This document shows, one piece after another, positions 14,101 to 27,321 of a DNA stretch of 64,000 nucleotides (its first letter is position 1; each line of letters begins with the position of its first letter). Source of the stretch: Rhizophagus irregularis (lineage: Eukaryota); assembly GCF_026210795.1 (NCBI RefSeq), contig NC_089431.1:5456001-5520000 (forward strand), in the 5' to 3' direction. The notes below the pieces were generated by a model. That model ran no database searches. It saw nothing but the letters and a program-made list of their open reading frames with translations, and was not told the DNA's origin. Position numbers and translations under genes: made by a program.

Positions 14101-15344
14101 GTTTTTTAAAATTAAAATGATTTTTTACTCCAAGACAATCAATTTTTTTTAGTACATTTTTAATTATAATTGATTGGCAAATCCAACTCAGAATTAAATT
14201 TCATCTTGCATAAATGTTTTAAGAAATAACTGATATATAGTTATTTATTTTTTCATTATAAAATTTTTTGTAATCCTTCATATCCTTTCAAAGCATGTTC
14301 ATCACTTGACAAGTTATCATTGATCAGCAAAATACCAGCAACACTTACAAAATTTATAATGCGGGCCAAAACGTATAGTGCTGGCCAGACAATTTTTTGG
14401 CAACATGTATAGTTCCAACTATTGTATTTTGAAAACCAAAATGAACAGAATGCTATTTCTTATTATAAATTTCACAGCTCCCCATGAATGATGGACTCTT
14501 GTTTTATATAAATATTTTTTCCCGTTATGACTTTTTTTGTTATTTAATTTTTTTTATTTAATTTTTTTTTATCACTTTTTGATTTTTTTATTCAATTTTT
14601 TTTTATCACTTCTTTTTGTAATTTGATTTTTTTATTTAATTTTTTTATAACACTTTTTGTTATTTGATTTTTTTTATAATACTTTTTGACTTTTTTCAAT
14701 TATTTGATAAACGTTATTATTTTTTTTTAATAAAAATACTTTTTTTGTTTTTTTTTTACATAAATTTTTTTTTATAAAATAATAAGAAATAATTATAATT
14801 AATTAATAAAAATATTTGTAGTATTTTCACAATATTAAAGTTTTTTCGAAAATACTTCTAAAAAGTTAATCAATTTTTATTGATAATTATTTTTTCACAA
14901 TTCCTTAATTAATACGAATTTCATTCTATACTTAAACGTCAAATCTTTAATATAAATAACTACATTATTGTAAATATAATTGGGAATTGCTAAACGTCGC
15001 CTGGTTTTTTTTAAATATTTTACATGATGTACAATATATAAAGAGTAAATTTATTAATCGGCTGACGGCTGATTTTTTCAAACTTAGCTAATTTTTGATC
15101 GGCTAAACTTAAAAATTTCATCGCAAAGATCCACTTTAAAAAAAAAAATTTTTTTTTCAAACATATTTATCCAAAATAATCTTATCTAATAAAACTTTAT
15201 TTGTAAATATTAAAATTTAAATTACACATTTACGATTTTAAAGAAAAAAATCACTGTATTTATTTTTTAATGAAGTGATACAAATAAAAGAAAAGATAAG
15301 TAAATTACAATGATCAAGAAAAAAGATGCTAATAAAAAATGAAA

Positions 15345-15507
15345 TAACAATGGAGTAATGAGAAGTAATAGAAGATGAAAGGGAGTAAAAAAAGAGTAAT
15401 GAGAAGTGATAGGAAGTAAAAAGGAGAAATAGGACATGATGGAAGATGAAGAGGAGTGATGGGAGACGAAAAGAAGTAATGGGAAGATGAAGAGGAGTGA
15501 TGGAAGG
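15345..15507 (-). repeat. Inverted partial copy of the 18124-18478 minisatellite and its flank
   Basis: ataacaatggagtaatg...gaggagtgatgggagacgaaaagaag is the reverse complement of ~18320-18478. Confidence 0.8.
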
Positions 15508-17199
15508 TCAAGAAAAGAACATTTTTGTCACACATAATCATGTTGACCGGGTCAAGAAAGTAATACGATGAGGGTCAAGAACGTAACTCTTTTTTTCACA
15601 AAAAAAATTTGATCACAATTTTTAAAAGCTAATAATTAAACAAACCGGTATTTTAAATTGGATGGTACTAATTAAGATTTTTATTCAGTCGATCGTTTAC
15701 AAAATGAACCTCACAAAATTCCCCTTACGTTTTAAAATCTGATTTTATCACGTGAAAGAAAGGATTCGTAAGACCCGTGAAATTGTCATGTGATTCTGGT
15801 AACAAAAAGATTAACCTAAAACTATTTATATTCTAACCCCTATAATTTTACATATATATGGGATATCAATTATTGTTAAATGTGACCACAATGGACACTT
15901 ATTGCGGATTTGTATAAATCATTAAACGTAATTAATACCATTAAAAGAAAGCACTGTTCTAACAAATAAATATTGTTTTTTTCGTAATTTTGTATATTAT
16001 TAACCTTTTTTGAAATAAAATGCATTAAGCATTTTAATTTCCGTTATCACTATAACATTTTTAGGTTATTTTGTAACAATTATTACTAGTTCTTGATAAT
16101 ATGTACTCAAACGTTTAACCCCTAATTTATAAAAAGTGAATAATACGATACTTGAAACATGTAACATTTTCCGTTATAAATATCTATTATGATAATTATG
16201 AAAAACAAAAAAATCGAGAAATAGAAACATTTAATATATGTGATTGTATTTTTATTGAATAAATCCAAAAAAAGATATCAAATATTTAAAAATAAAATCA
16301 TCCAAACATTTTTTGAATCTTTCGGGTCACACTATGACGTTATATACTCTAAATTGGATTCAAACTCAAGAACTATCTATTATTCATCGATATTGATTTT
16401 AAAATGAATATGGTCTATTATAAAATTTATTTTTTAAAAGAGTTCTAAAATTAGTTCATTTATTCAGTTATTACAGTATTACAAAACCTCGCTTGATCTA
16501 ATTCTCATTATTTAGGCGTTTCATAGTCGTTTGAAACGTGTGTGTTTCATGATTGGTTTTATAATAATATATTGTTACTTATGGTTTATCCGTATAATGA
16601 TTGTTAAATAAAAGACATTTTAATTTTTTTTGATCACTGAGTTAATCGAAATTGAAAATAGTGTGACTCCGATAGATGAAGTATGTATGTGAATGCCAAA
16701 ACGATAGATTCTTGGTTTATTTCATTTTCAGATAATAAATATATTTAGGTCCAATGAACGATCAATACAACAAAAGAATATGGATGATAAAAGTGACACT
16801 AATAAATTAATAGATCAATCGTTTAGAATATCATATACTGTAAATGGAATAACTTTTTTAAAAAAAGCTAGTATCATTACATTTATTATGTACAATATGA
16901 TCATGCTGAATCAACTTTAGCTAAAAAAAATTATTTGATTATTTTATTATATTGTGATTTTGTAAAATCTACATAGCAAATTTCATTTTATGGTTATTAA
17001 TTTTTCTTTAGTTCGATTTTCTAAAGCATAAATATGTTATTTTATATGAGCTCAAAGATACTAGTATAACTTCAGTACATTGATATATCTGTGCTTGATG
17101 GTGTTTGATTTAATCCAACCATACTCGATAATTTTGTCAAAGATATTTTGTCGATCACATGTTTTTAAGTTTAGCGTAGTTTTAAAATTTTTTTTTTTT

Positions 17200-18050
17200 A
17201 TGGCTTTTTTTTTATAAACAAATTTTGTAGAGAATTTTTATTTTGTTTGATAGAATTTCTTTGGGAATTTTTTAATAAAAAGATTTTTTTTGATAAAAAA
17301 TTTCGTTAGAGAATTTTTTTCATTGATAGGGACATTTCTGAATTTTTTTTGATGGATAATTTCGTTAAAAACTTTTATTTGATAGAAATCTCATTGGAGA
17401 ATTTTTTTTAATAAGATTTTTTTTTTTACATATACTTAATTTGTTGGAACAATTTTTTTTAACAGGAGAGATTTTTTTTTTTGATAGAGAATTCATTGAG
17501 AATTTTTTTTTTTGTAGAAAATTATTTGAAGAATTTTTTTAATAGGGAAGTTTTTTTTTGATAGATAATTTCGTTAAGAATTTTTTTTAATAGGTGAAAG
17601 TATTTTTTGACGGAGAATTTTATTGAAGAATTTTTTTTTAATAGGGGATTGTTTTTGATAGAGAATTTCATTAAAAAATTTTTCTTTAATAGATTTCGCT
17701 GAGAATTTTTTTTTTGGTTTTTTTTTTTTTGATATAGAAATTCTTTGTGAATTTTTTTTAATAGGGAAATGTATTTTTGGATGGAAGTTTTTCGTTAAGA
17801 AAATTTTCTTTATCGGGGATATCTTTTTTGATTGAGAATTTCATTAGAGAATTGTTTGTTGAAAATTTTTTTTATTTTTTTGGTGGAGAATTTTGTTTAG
17901 AAATCTTAATAGAAAATTTTTATTGAAAATAGTTCTTTTTTAATAAGTGTATCGAGAATTTTGGCTTGAAATTTTTTTTTTTTAATAAAGAATTTCATTA
18001 GAGATCTTTTTTTTTTATAAAAAATTGATTGAAAATTTATTGGAAAATTT
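17200..18050 (+). repeat. Degenerate AT-rich tandem repeat (~55-60-bp unit)
   Basis: Recurrent tttttgatagagaatttc(a/g)tt..gaattttttttaataggg units. Confidence 0.7.
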
Positions 18051-18123
18051 AGAAAAAATAAAAGAGAAAACTCCAAAAACAAAAGGAGGTTTTATTAAAT
18101 TTTACGATTTTAATAAATTTTTA

Positions 18124-18386
18124 CTCCTCTTCATCCTTTCATCACTTCTTTTCATCTCCCATCGCTCCTTTTCGTCTCCCATCACTCCTTTTCATCTCCC
18201 ATCACTTCTTTTCGTCTCCCATCACTCCTCTTCGTCTCCCATCGCTTCTTTTCGTCTCCCATCACTCCTCTTCATCTTCCTCATCACTTCTTTTTGTCTC
18301 CCATCACTCCTCTTTATCTCTCATCACTCCTCTTCGTCTCCCATCACTTCTTTTCGTCTCCCATCACACCTTTTCATCTCTCATCA
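18124..18386 (+). repeat. 20-bp pyrimidine-rich minisatellite (~13 copies)
   Basis: Unit approximately catcactcctcttcgtctcc. It explains the spurious ORFs at 18025 and 15329. Confidence 0.9.
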
Positions 18387-20293
18387 TTTCCTATTTCTCC
18401 TTTTTGTTTCCTATCACTTCTCATTACTCTTTTTTAATCCCTTTCATCTTCTATTACTTTCCATTACTCCATTGTTATAATAATTTTTCTCTTCCCCACT
18501 TTCTTTATCCTCATTTCATATTCCTTTTTCTCATTTTTATTTCCTTCACAAGTTTGGAACCATGAAAGCGAGAGATTGTGCGACATATGAATGATGATGC
18601 ATTTACATATTGTAGTATATATGTTGTGCGATTTTCGTCAGGCCTAGTAATGCTGGCCAACCCACTTAAGGCATCATAATATTGGGCAATATTGGGCTGG
18701 TAATGTAGGCCGGCGTCATCTGACGCAAATCGGAATCTGACGCACAATATATTTATTGCAGTTCATCGATTTTAATTATTAATACTATAAATATTTTATA
18801 AATTTTTTAAATAATAATATATTAAATTCTTTTTAAACAGTAATAATAAAGTAATAGGAATAAAATATAATTACTTTAATTTTAATAGTAATAGAATCAT
18901 TAACTATTATTCATAAGAATATTGATTTATATGTAAAACGTAACTTCTGGAAAACTCCGTGAATATGATACATTTACGGGAAAATAACTTGAGCAACTTG
19001 GATTATTTTCAATGTTTGAGACTATAAATTCCGTGAATATGATACATTTACGGAAATAACAAGGAATAAATAACAAGGAATAAAAAACACGAAATAAATT
19101 TTTATAGGGGTAATAAATTGTCTCTAGTAAATTATTATATATTTAGATTACCCTGTATAAGTTAATTTTGAGTTGTATTACTGTAACGTGTAGCATGCCT
19201 CCGTAATTTATTACGGATTGTCATCTTAAAATAGATTGGGTTTAACCATTAATAAATGTTGATCATGTTGATCATGAAACAATAGGAATGTCTCATGTTA
19301 TAATGATGTTCTTAACAATATATTTTTTATGCTGTGTTACCGCTTCTCTATCATTGTTTTACGCTAAATTAAGCAAACTTTTATGCAATACTGCTCTGTC
19401 TCATCATACATATGGTAATGGTTTTATATAATATATGAGGAATAATTCATTTGTTTATTGCGTCATTTTGTATCCAGTAATCATAGAAAGATAAAACATA
19501 GCAGAGTGATAGAAAAAGAGTAATAATACATGTCAAAAATTGTCAGCCTTTCTGCCAGTAGTGATATCATAATTTTATCACTAAATTTAATAAATTTGAA
19601 GAATTTAATATTTTGTTCATTATATAGCTTGTCTCCAGAATATTATTTGTGTGCATAATAATTTACTATATGTTTCAAGTTCATTGATCTCAGTGTGAAG
19701 CAAATGGGCTGTTGCTAGTATGTATTAAAAAAATAAAAATTAATTATGTATCTAATTGTATTGATCCTAAATTTAAATTTTGATGAATGATGAGGCAAAT
19801 TATTATCATTTTCATACAATTATATTCATCATAAATTAGGCATGTAACAGACGTTTCACTAGTAACTCCTTTGATACTAAACGAATGTTGTGCATATATA
19901 CCAAACACTTGTATTTGTTGGACAATATTTTTAGTGTCAGAAATTTTTCAGCCATTATATTTGTTGCACGTTTTTTTACATGTGTATAAAACAATGCAGA
20001 TCGTTTTTGAAATACAAATTTGGTAGTATAATTAATATATTTTTTTTGAAACACATTTTATATGTTTGATTAAAAGAAAAGTTATTAATAGTAGTTGATA
20101 ATAAATCAGATTACAATGACAAGTAACATATATAAATGTTCTGTAATCCCTCTGAGTAAAAATTTAAAATTTTTCAAGTCTCTAAATTTGTTTCCATATT
20201 TTTCACATACATTTTCCCATCAAGTCTCTAATAATCAAGTCTTTTAATTTATTTCCACATTTTTCATACATATTTTCCCACCAAGTCTCTAAT

Positions 20294-23200
20294 ACTTTGC
20301 AGAAACCTTTGGTTTTTACAAAATATGTTAGCGATATTTTTAAAATATACCAGACATATGATATTCCTATTTATGTTATCTCTGTTTTAACTATATGCTG
20401 ACAATATGTTGAACATATAATATAAAAATCTTATTTTTATATAGTAACTATATGTTAGAGACATGGTAAAATATTATTTTGAATGTTAAATTTATATGGT
20501 TATTATATGCCAAATATGTGTCAGAGATGTGATAAAAATATTATTTGAAATATTAATTTTATATAGCCATCATATGGTAAATATGTATCAATAATATAAT
20601 AGAAATTCAATTTTATATAACAATCATATATTGAAAATATATCGAAGACAGAGTAATAATAATAAAATAATATAATAGCCATGTTTCAAAAATAATAAAA
20701 TAATATAATGATTGTATGATAAAAATTTCGATTTAAATTAAAATTTCCTCCAATAAATTCATGTACGACTTGATTTTTGAAAGAATTTCTCTAGTGTAAT
20801 ATAATAATATAATGTTAGCAATATAGTTGTCTAGCTGATTAAACTGCAGTATAATAAAAACTATTTAAAACATAACTTCAATTAGCCTCATCATGCTTGG
20901 TGCTACATGTACTTTTATATTCGTGAATAAAGTGAATTTGAGACGTGATCAATAAAATTGATTGGAAAGATTCAAAACTAACGTGATTCTTCCAGCTTCT
21001 GAATATTATAAAGTGGACATCTTGATATAAAATCAACATAGTTCGTCACCTGAAATTAAATAAAAAATAGTGTAAAATTTGACCATTGTTTGCTTTATAG
21101 CATATGCGACACCTTTAAATTCTTCATTTAGATCTACAATATCGCCAATATGAAGTTTTAATCGTACAGGTTCTTGATTGTCTTTAATAACCATGTATGA
21201 AATTGAACTATAAAATTCTATGTTTTGTTCAATATTGCTGCACTTTAATTTAAATAATCTGCATAAGCTCTATAGAGATTTCGATAAAATGGATGATTAT
21301 CAGCCAACTTTCTTGATACGTCTTTACACTTAACTTTTTTGGCACTCCATTGATCTTTAATAGCCACCTCTATTTCCAGAAAGAATCAGCAAAACCTAAA
21401 AGAGAAAAACCAAAGAATAAACTGTTAATAAGTTGTTAAAATAAAATTATTAAGAAAAAAAATTAAAATTACTTACCAAAATTTCATATCCAAAGATTTG
21501 AGAGAACGCCTTAAAAAACATAAAATGAACAGTTAGAAACCATTTGTTAAAAGGCGAAAAAAATTTTGAAAAGTGAAAACATATACTTACCAAAATCCAA
21601 TATCTTAAGAAATCCGAAAAACTGTCTAAAAAAAAAAAAATGTATTAGAAACTGTTCGTTGAAAGATGGAAAAGTTAAATAAAAAAATAGTCAAAAACTT
21701 ACCAGAATGTAACCTCTAAAAAAACCTGAAAGAACCATCTAAAAAAAAAGAAAAAACGAACAGTTAGTAACTATTTATTAAACTAAAAAAGAAAAAAATA
21801 AAAATTTTACTTGCCGAATTCCCACGTCCAAAGAGACTCAAAGAATTACCTAAAAAAAAAGAACTAAAACTGTTAATAATAGTTCGTTAAAATATTAAAA
21901 AAAAAGAATGAAAAATATATTTACCGAAATCTGGTTTCTTAAAAAATAAGTTTTGCAAAAATTGCGAAACTTTCTATATTCAGAAAAAAAAATGGAACCT
22001 ACAAAGAAATGAGAAAAGTTAGTAACTTTTCTCAAAAAAAAAAGTAAAAATTTGTTCGTAAAAACTTACTATATCAAAATCGAACCCAAAAAGGAAAAAG
22101 CTTATTTTTAGTTTAAATAAATAACTGCGGCTGTGGCTGCGGTTATATTAATATTGTATCACATGATTCATGTGATATATAATTTTATATAAAATAGTAT
22201 AAATAGGAGGCTTCCCCGAAATAAAATTTTTTTTTTATATTTTTAATGATATTTATATGTGCTCATATATATACACACATATATATATCTAATATAAATA
22301 ATATAAATAATGATATGTATTCGTCAGAGAATACATTATCAGTTATACTAAATATAATATCAAGTCTATTAAGAAGCTTAATAACGTTGCCTTGAGACTT
22401 TCATTAGATTAGAATGAATAAACCATATACTTTAATTAATTAACTCATTTTATTCTTTATGGACTCTGTATAATATTATATATTTAATACATTTTAAATG
22501 TTTATTTTACATATTCTTTACAATTATATCTTATACACTTTTAGATTGAACAATTATATTTTATTATTCTTTAAATCATTTCATCTCTTTTTTAAAAAAA
22601 GTATTTAAAGCTAATCTTTGACGAGATTAGACAGGAACCACTAGAGTAAGAAGCTTAAAGTTTTTGGATTTCCGATGAATATTTGCTCTTTAGATGGATC
22701 TAGATGCGTAAAATTTGGTTGATAATTGATATATTGATGATCATATGGCTGTAATTTTTCCGGGATTGTCTGTACAAGTCTGAAGTGTGAACTGTTATCT
22801 CAATTGATAACATGTGATTATAAACAAAATGAAAGTATTTTATTTTTTTTTTATTTTAATTTGATGAATGTTTACTAATTGCTCATTTAATTTTTTTCTT
22901 TTTAGGGATTCTTTGAAGTACCTTAACTATACTTATACTTTTTATTAGTGGTGCAAACAGTCTGGGTTTATTAGTATAACAGATTTGAGGTTAAAGGTCA
23001 TAAGCTATCCCACCAGCTGGCAAAGTGTATGAAATTTCTTTAATTCACAAAGAAAGCCTTGCTAAAGTCATCTTTAGTGTAGGTCTAGTAATACATTGCC
23101 TTAATTGAGCGTGGCTACGAAGTTTATGATTCTTAAGTAAGCTCCAACTATATATATATATCAAAATATCTTATGTTTAATTACACAATTTATTGACTAC

Positions 23201-24019
23201 CATTTAAATTTAACATGTGTATAAAAGTCACAATTTGTTATTATACATTTTTGCTATATATCAATAAATTAACAACTATTACTTTTTAACATTAGGTAAA
23301 TTTGAACACAATTTTATTTCAGATAATATTTTCGTTAATGGATTAATAAAAAAAATTGTTGTATTAACATTCTTATTGCCGAGTTGAAGTGAAAGGACAA
23401 AAAGGATAAAATCTATAATTTAAATTTTTTTTTTAAAAAAAAATATAATTGTATTATTTAAAATTAAAAAAAATTAAGGTTTCATAGTACTGCCTTCATA
23501 TAGCCAATATAGGACAGCCGAGACGAAAAAAAATGCCACTAGCGATCGACCTTATAGTCATATGATAGTCACATGCTAGAAGCGTTGTTATTCATATATC
23601 AACAACATATTCAAAATATATTATTCGTATTTTTACTTCAAATTGGTTTTTCTGAAACATAAAAATAAAAATATATTATTCGTATATCAACAACAGCATT
23701 CAAAATATGTTATTCATATAACAACAGCATATTTGAAATATATTAACAATGTATTCAAAATATTCACTATATCATTAGTTTGAGTACATATTTTAACATA
23801 CTTTGAAAATATTGTAAAATTATTTTATTCATATTACAAAATTATTTACTACATTAGTTTAAATTTCAACATATATTAAAAATATTATAACATTATTTTA
23901 TTAATATTACAAACATATTACGTATATTAAAATATGTAGAACATATATATACCATCTGTTAATAACATGTAGTGATTATGTCTAACATATTTTGTGAAAA
24001 TCAGAGGTTTCTGCAAAGT
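20294..24019 (-). mobile_element. Internally deleted TIR DNA transposon (possibly CMC/Plavaka-like) flanked by a ~61-bp direct repeat
   Basis: TIRs actttgcagaaacctttggtttttacaaaatatgttag (20294-20331) and ctaacatattttgtgaaaatcagaggtttctgcaaagt (23982-24019). Subterminal repeats at ~23590-23760. Coding relic on the minus strand at ~20839-21395. Confidence 0.7.
20839..21395 (-). pseudogene. C-terminal coding relic with a BAH-like segment, probably transposon-encoded
   Basis: Fragments IEFYSSISYMVIKDNQEPVRLKLHIGDIVDLNEEFKGVAYA and IHFIHEYKSTCSTKHDEAN*SYVLNSFYYTAV*, with stops and frameshifts. Family assignment is by resemblance only. Confidence 0.5.
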
Positions 24020-24084
24020 AATCAAGTCTTTTAATTTATTTCCACATTTTTCACACATATTTTCCTACCAAGTCTCTAATAAAA

Positions 24085-27000
24085 ATGTTAAAAATGTTCA
24101 ATTTAGCAAAGATGTTGATCATCTTTATATATTTAACCTCCATCTGTTGCTTTTTCATTACATCTCAAAACGTATTATCTCGAGATATTTTATCTCAAAA
24201 TATATCATCTCCAAATACACCACCCCAATATACATCACCTCAAGATATTTGGTACATTTATGAAGAGCCGATAGAAGATCTAAAACTATATGACACTTAC
24301 ACATTTAAAGATGGTACTTTGATGATTTGGATGGCCTTTAAAGATAAAGAAAATCCATCATGCATGTTACCTTATTTTCATCTACGATTGATAGAAAGAA
24401 CAGGACAAATAACATATATAGACCTTAATTACACTTTTCCTCCAGAAGCAGTTTGCCCTGTTAATATGGCTTTCATACCCTTAAGTTATAATTATATAAT
24501 GATAATTTATGTTAAGTCAAATAATGGTGTTAAGGGAAAGTATGGCTTGATAATTAATTATGACAGCAAGATTATAAGGTAAGTTAAGATGTTGTCATAT
24601 CCTCATTTATAAAGGTTGATAATAATTTATTTTATTTTTTTAGTGAAATCTATTTAGGAAGTGTTAATGAATATATTACAGATAGTGGAATATCTGAAAA
24701 AGGTTTTATTTGCATTGAAGAACATGATGAAAGAGGAATAGCAGCATGGCATTGGTATAGTGCCCCGTAAGTATTTTTACAAGTAAATACTTTTTAAATA
24801 TTTCTTTGTTCAGTTGATTAACTCTTTTCATCTTTACTTTAGAGATATTACAACAGGAAAAGTAGTAGAACTTGGAAGTGGCGAGTTTAGTGTACCAAAC
24901 CTATTATCATATACTTTTGTAAATAGTTTTAATTTTAATTTAATTGATGGTGGGTTTGGATATGCATATATTCTAAAATATGATGAAATGGGATCATCAG
25001 CAACAAATGATCCAAATATTCAATACTGGAAAATTTATGTTTCATTTTTAAGAGAGGAAACATATTCACCTACAACACCTTCACTTGTCGACCAAACTAC
25101 TACAAAATTAAATAGTATAGAATTCAAATCATGTTTTTATAACAATGATGCAGGATATATATGTATTGTATCATTAAACAATACAATTACAAATAAGGAT
25201 CAATCAAGGACCGAAGTGAATTATTATCAGTTAGAATTTTTAACAACTGGGTCTTTTGTACAATTTGGTATGGTCCCTAAAGTAATAAGTAATGCAAACA
25301 ATTTTAATTTGTCAAGTTTAGTTTATGGAGGATTTCTTGTAGAAAAATATTATACAAATACAAATGCAAAGAACTTTTATATTTTAGATAATAATGGAAA
25401 TTATAAATCAGGAGGATCTTTTGGCCCAGAGTTTGTTCATTATAATATGTTCAGAAGAAATGGTACTTTATTGGGAATAAAGAAACAAACTGGTAATAAA
25501 TTAGAAATTTTATTGAAACCTTTATTAAGATTAAATAATCAAGGTAAGTTTTTAATTTATTTATTACTTTTTAATTTTATTTTTTTTAATAAAAAAATTT
25601 TTTGATTTATAGGAGCAGAATATAATAATCCTGCAATTGAGTCAACAAAGCCAGCTGTCAATGAAGTTATTGATCCTTTAATCAATGAGATTACAATTAA
25701 ATATGGCATCCCAGTAAGGTTATCTACTGCAAATATTTCAATATTTCAGCTTAATGATGACCCATACAAACCAAGTTTATTACGGCAAACAATCTCAGGA
25801 GATTCCAAACTATGTACTATTGGAAGCGATAACCACACTGTGCATATTCCAATTTTCAGTAGTACATTTAATCAGCCAAACTCTTCTTATTATGTGGTAG
25901 TTGATAATAATTTTGTCATTTCTCAAGAGAGAAATGAACCTTTATTAGGAATTATTAAGAAAACTTGGATGATTTCAACAAGTAATATACATATTTTTTT
26001 TTAATTTTTAATTTTTTAATTTTTTACTGGTCAAATAGAAAATTAATTTAAACTTCTTTATTATATTTAGAACCATTTAAGATCGGACAACATTCAGTTT
26101 CAGTCACAGGGTTACTTCGATTGAATGAAGAAGGGAGTTCAAAATTTCTTCAACTAAATCATCAGTCGGAGTTTTTCAATAATATAATTCAAGAATTTTC
26201 CAAAATAATTCCGGTAGATGAACAAAGGATAACAACAAATGGTAAATGGCAAAATGACCCCACTTTTCCCAAAAAAGTGTTGTTGTCATTTACTATTAAT
26301 GAAGCTAAAAGTGCCATGGAACCAAGTTCCAAAACAATCTTTGATAATTTGGGCACTTTGATTGAAAGAAAAAGGTTTACTGCACTTTCTAATTATGAAT
26401 ATTCTTCATTAATCGATGAAAGTGCATCCTTTACAATAACCAGTAAGTGTTGTTCATTAAATATTTTTGATATTTGTAAATAATTAATATTTCATTAAAT
26501 TTTTAATTCTATTATTTTACAGGTTATTTTGGAAAATTTTTGCCACTAATTATAATATTTTTAGTAAGTATGATAATATTAATAATATTATATTTTTTGG
26601 CACGTTGGAAGAACCCTGAAGCTAGAAACATTGCCATATTTGAGACTGCATTAATAATGCAGGATTTTGCTGTGGATTTAACATTTGCATTATTAAGGGT
26701 TCATAATACTCCACACCTAATAATCCCAAAGTAAGAAATTTTGTTTAATGTTATGTTATTTTTATTATTTTAAAGATTAATTTAATTAATTGATAATTTT
26801 CTTATTTATTATTACTTAGTATGGTATTCCTTGTTGTACCGCATGTAGTCAGTTTATTATTGGCTATAAATATTCTTTTGTCTGAAGTAGCTATGAATCC
26901 AACATTCCATACTTGGTTTTCAGAGCTTCCAACACTATTATCAATTTGTACAATATTTTCAGCCATTGATATACTAGCAATAAATACTTTGACATCAAAT

Positions 27001-27321
27001 TTATTTGGTCTCAAAATATTTTCAGCCCCATTATCACAAAGATCAAGAGATATTATACTTTGGGGTAGTTTCATAAATATTTTTGCTGAAGATATACCAC
27101 AGTTGATTATACAGATATTATACTTTAATAGTGTTGTGACATACGATTTTATTCCATCACTTGTAATTATATCTGGTGGATTAGTTATAATGAATAAACT
27201 AATTTTAAGATCGTATCAGGCATTAATAAGATGGCGTCATCGGCGTGATGAAATTAGAAACTTTATTAGAGATAGACGTTTATCAGCTGGTTCTATAAGA
27301 TCATTAAGGTCAAATATTTAG
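24085..27321 (+). CDS. 922-aa protein: signal peptide, large beta-rich/Ig-like ectodomain, multi-pass TM C-terminus; 7 exons
   Basis: Exons 24085-24578, 24644-24766, 24843-25543, 25613-25981, 26071-26442, 26523-26730, 26820-27321. All introns are GT-AG and the frame is preserved (2769 nt). Hydrophobic N-terminus. About 6 hydrophobic helices at the C-terminus, including AEDIPQLIIQILY. Confidence 0.85.

Noticed and set aside
17200..18386. CRISPR-like periodic repeats
   Set aside because: Eukaryotic context, degenerate units, no unique spacers and no cas genes. These are minisatellites.
19200..20054. Possible decayed coding sequence (also ~11250-11720 and ~46300-46620)
   Set aside because: No recognisable motif. 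A tblastx search would be needed.
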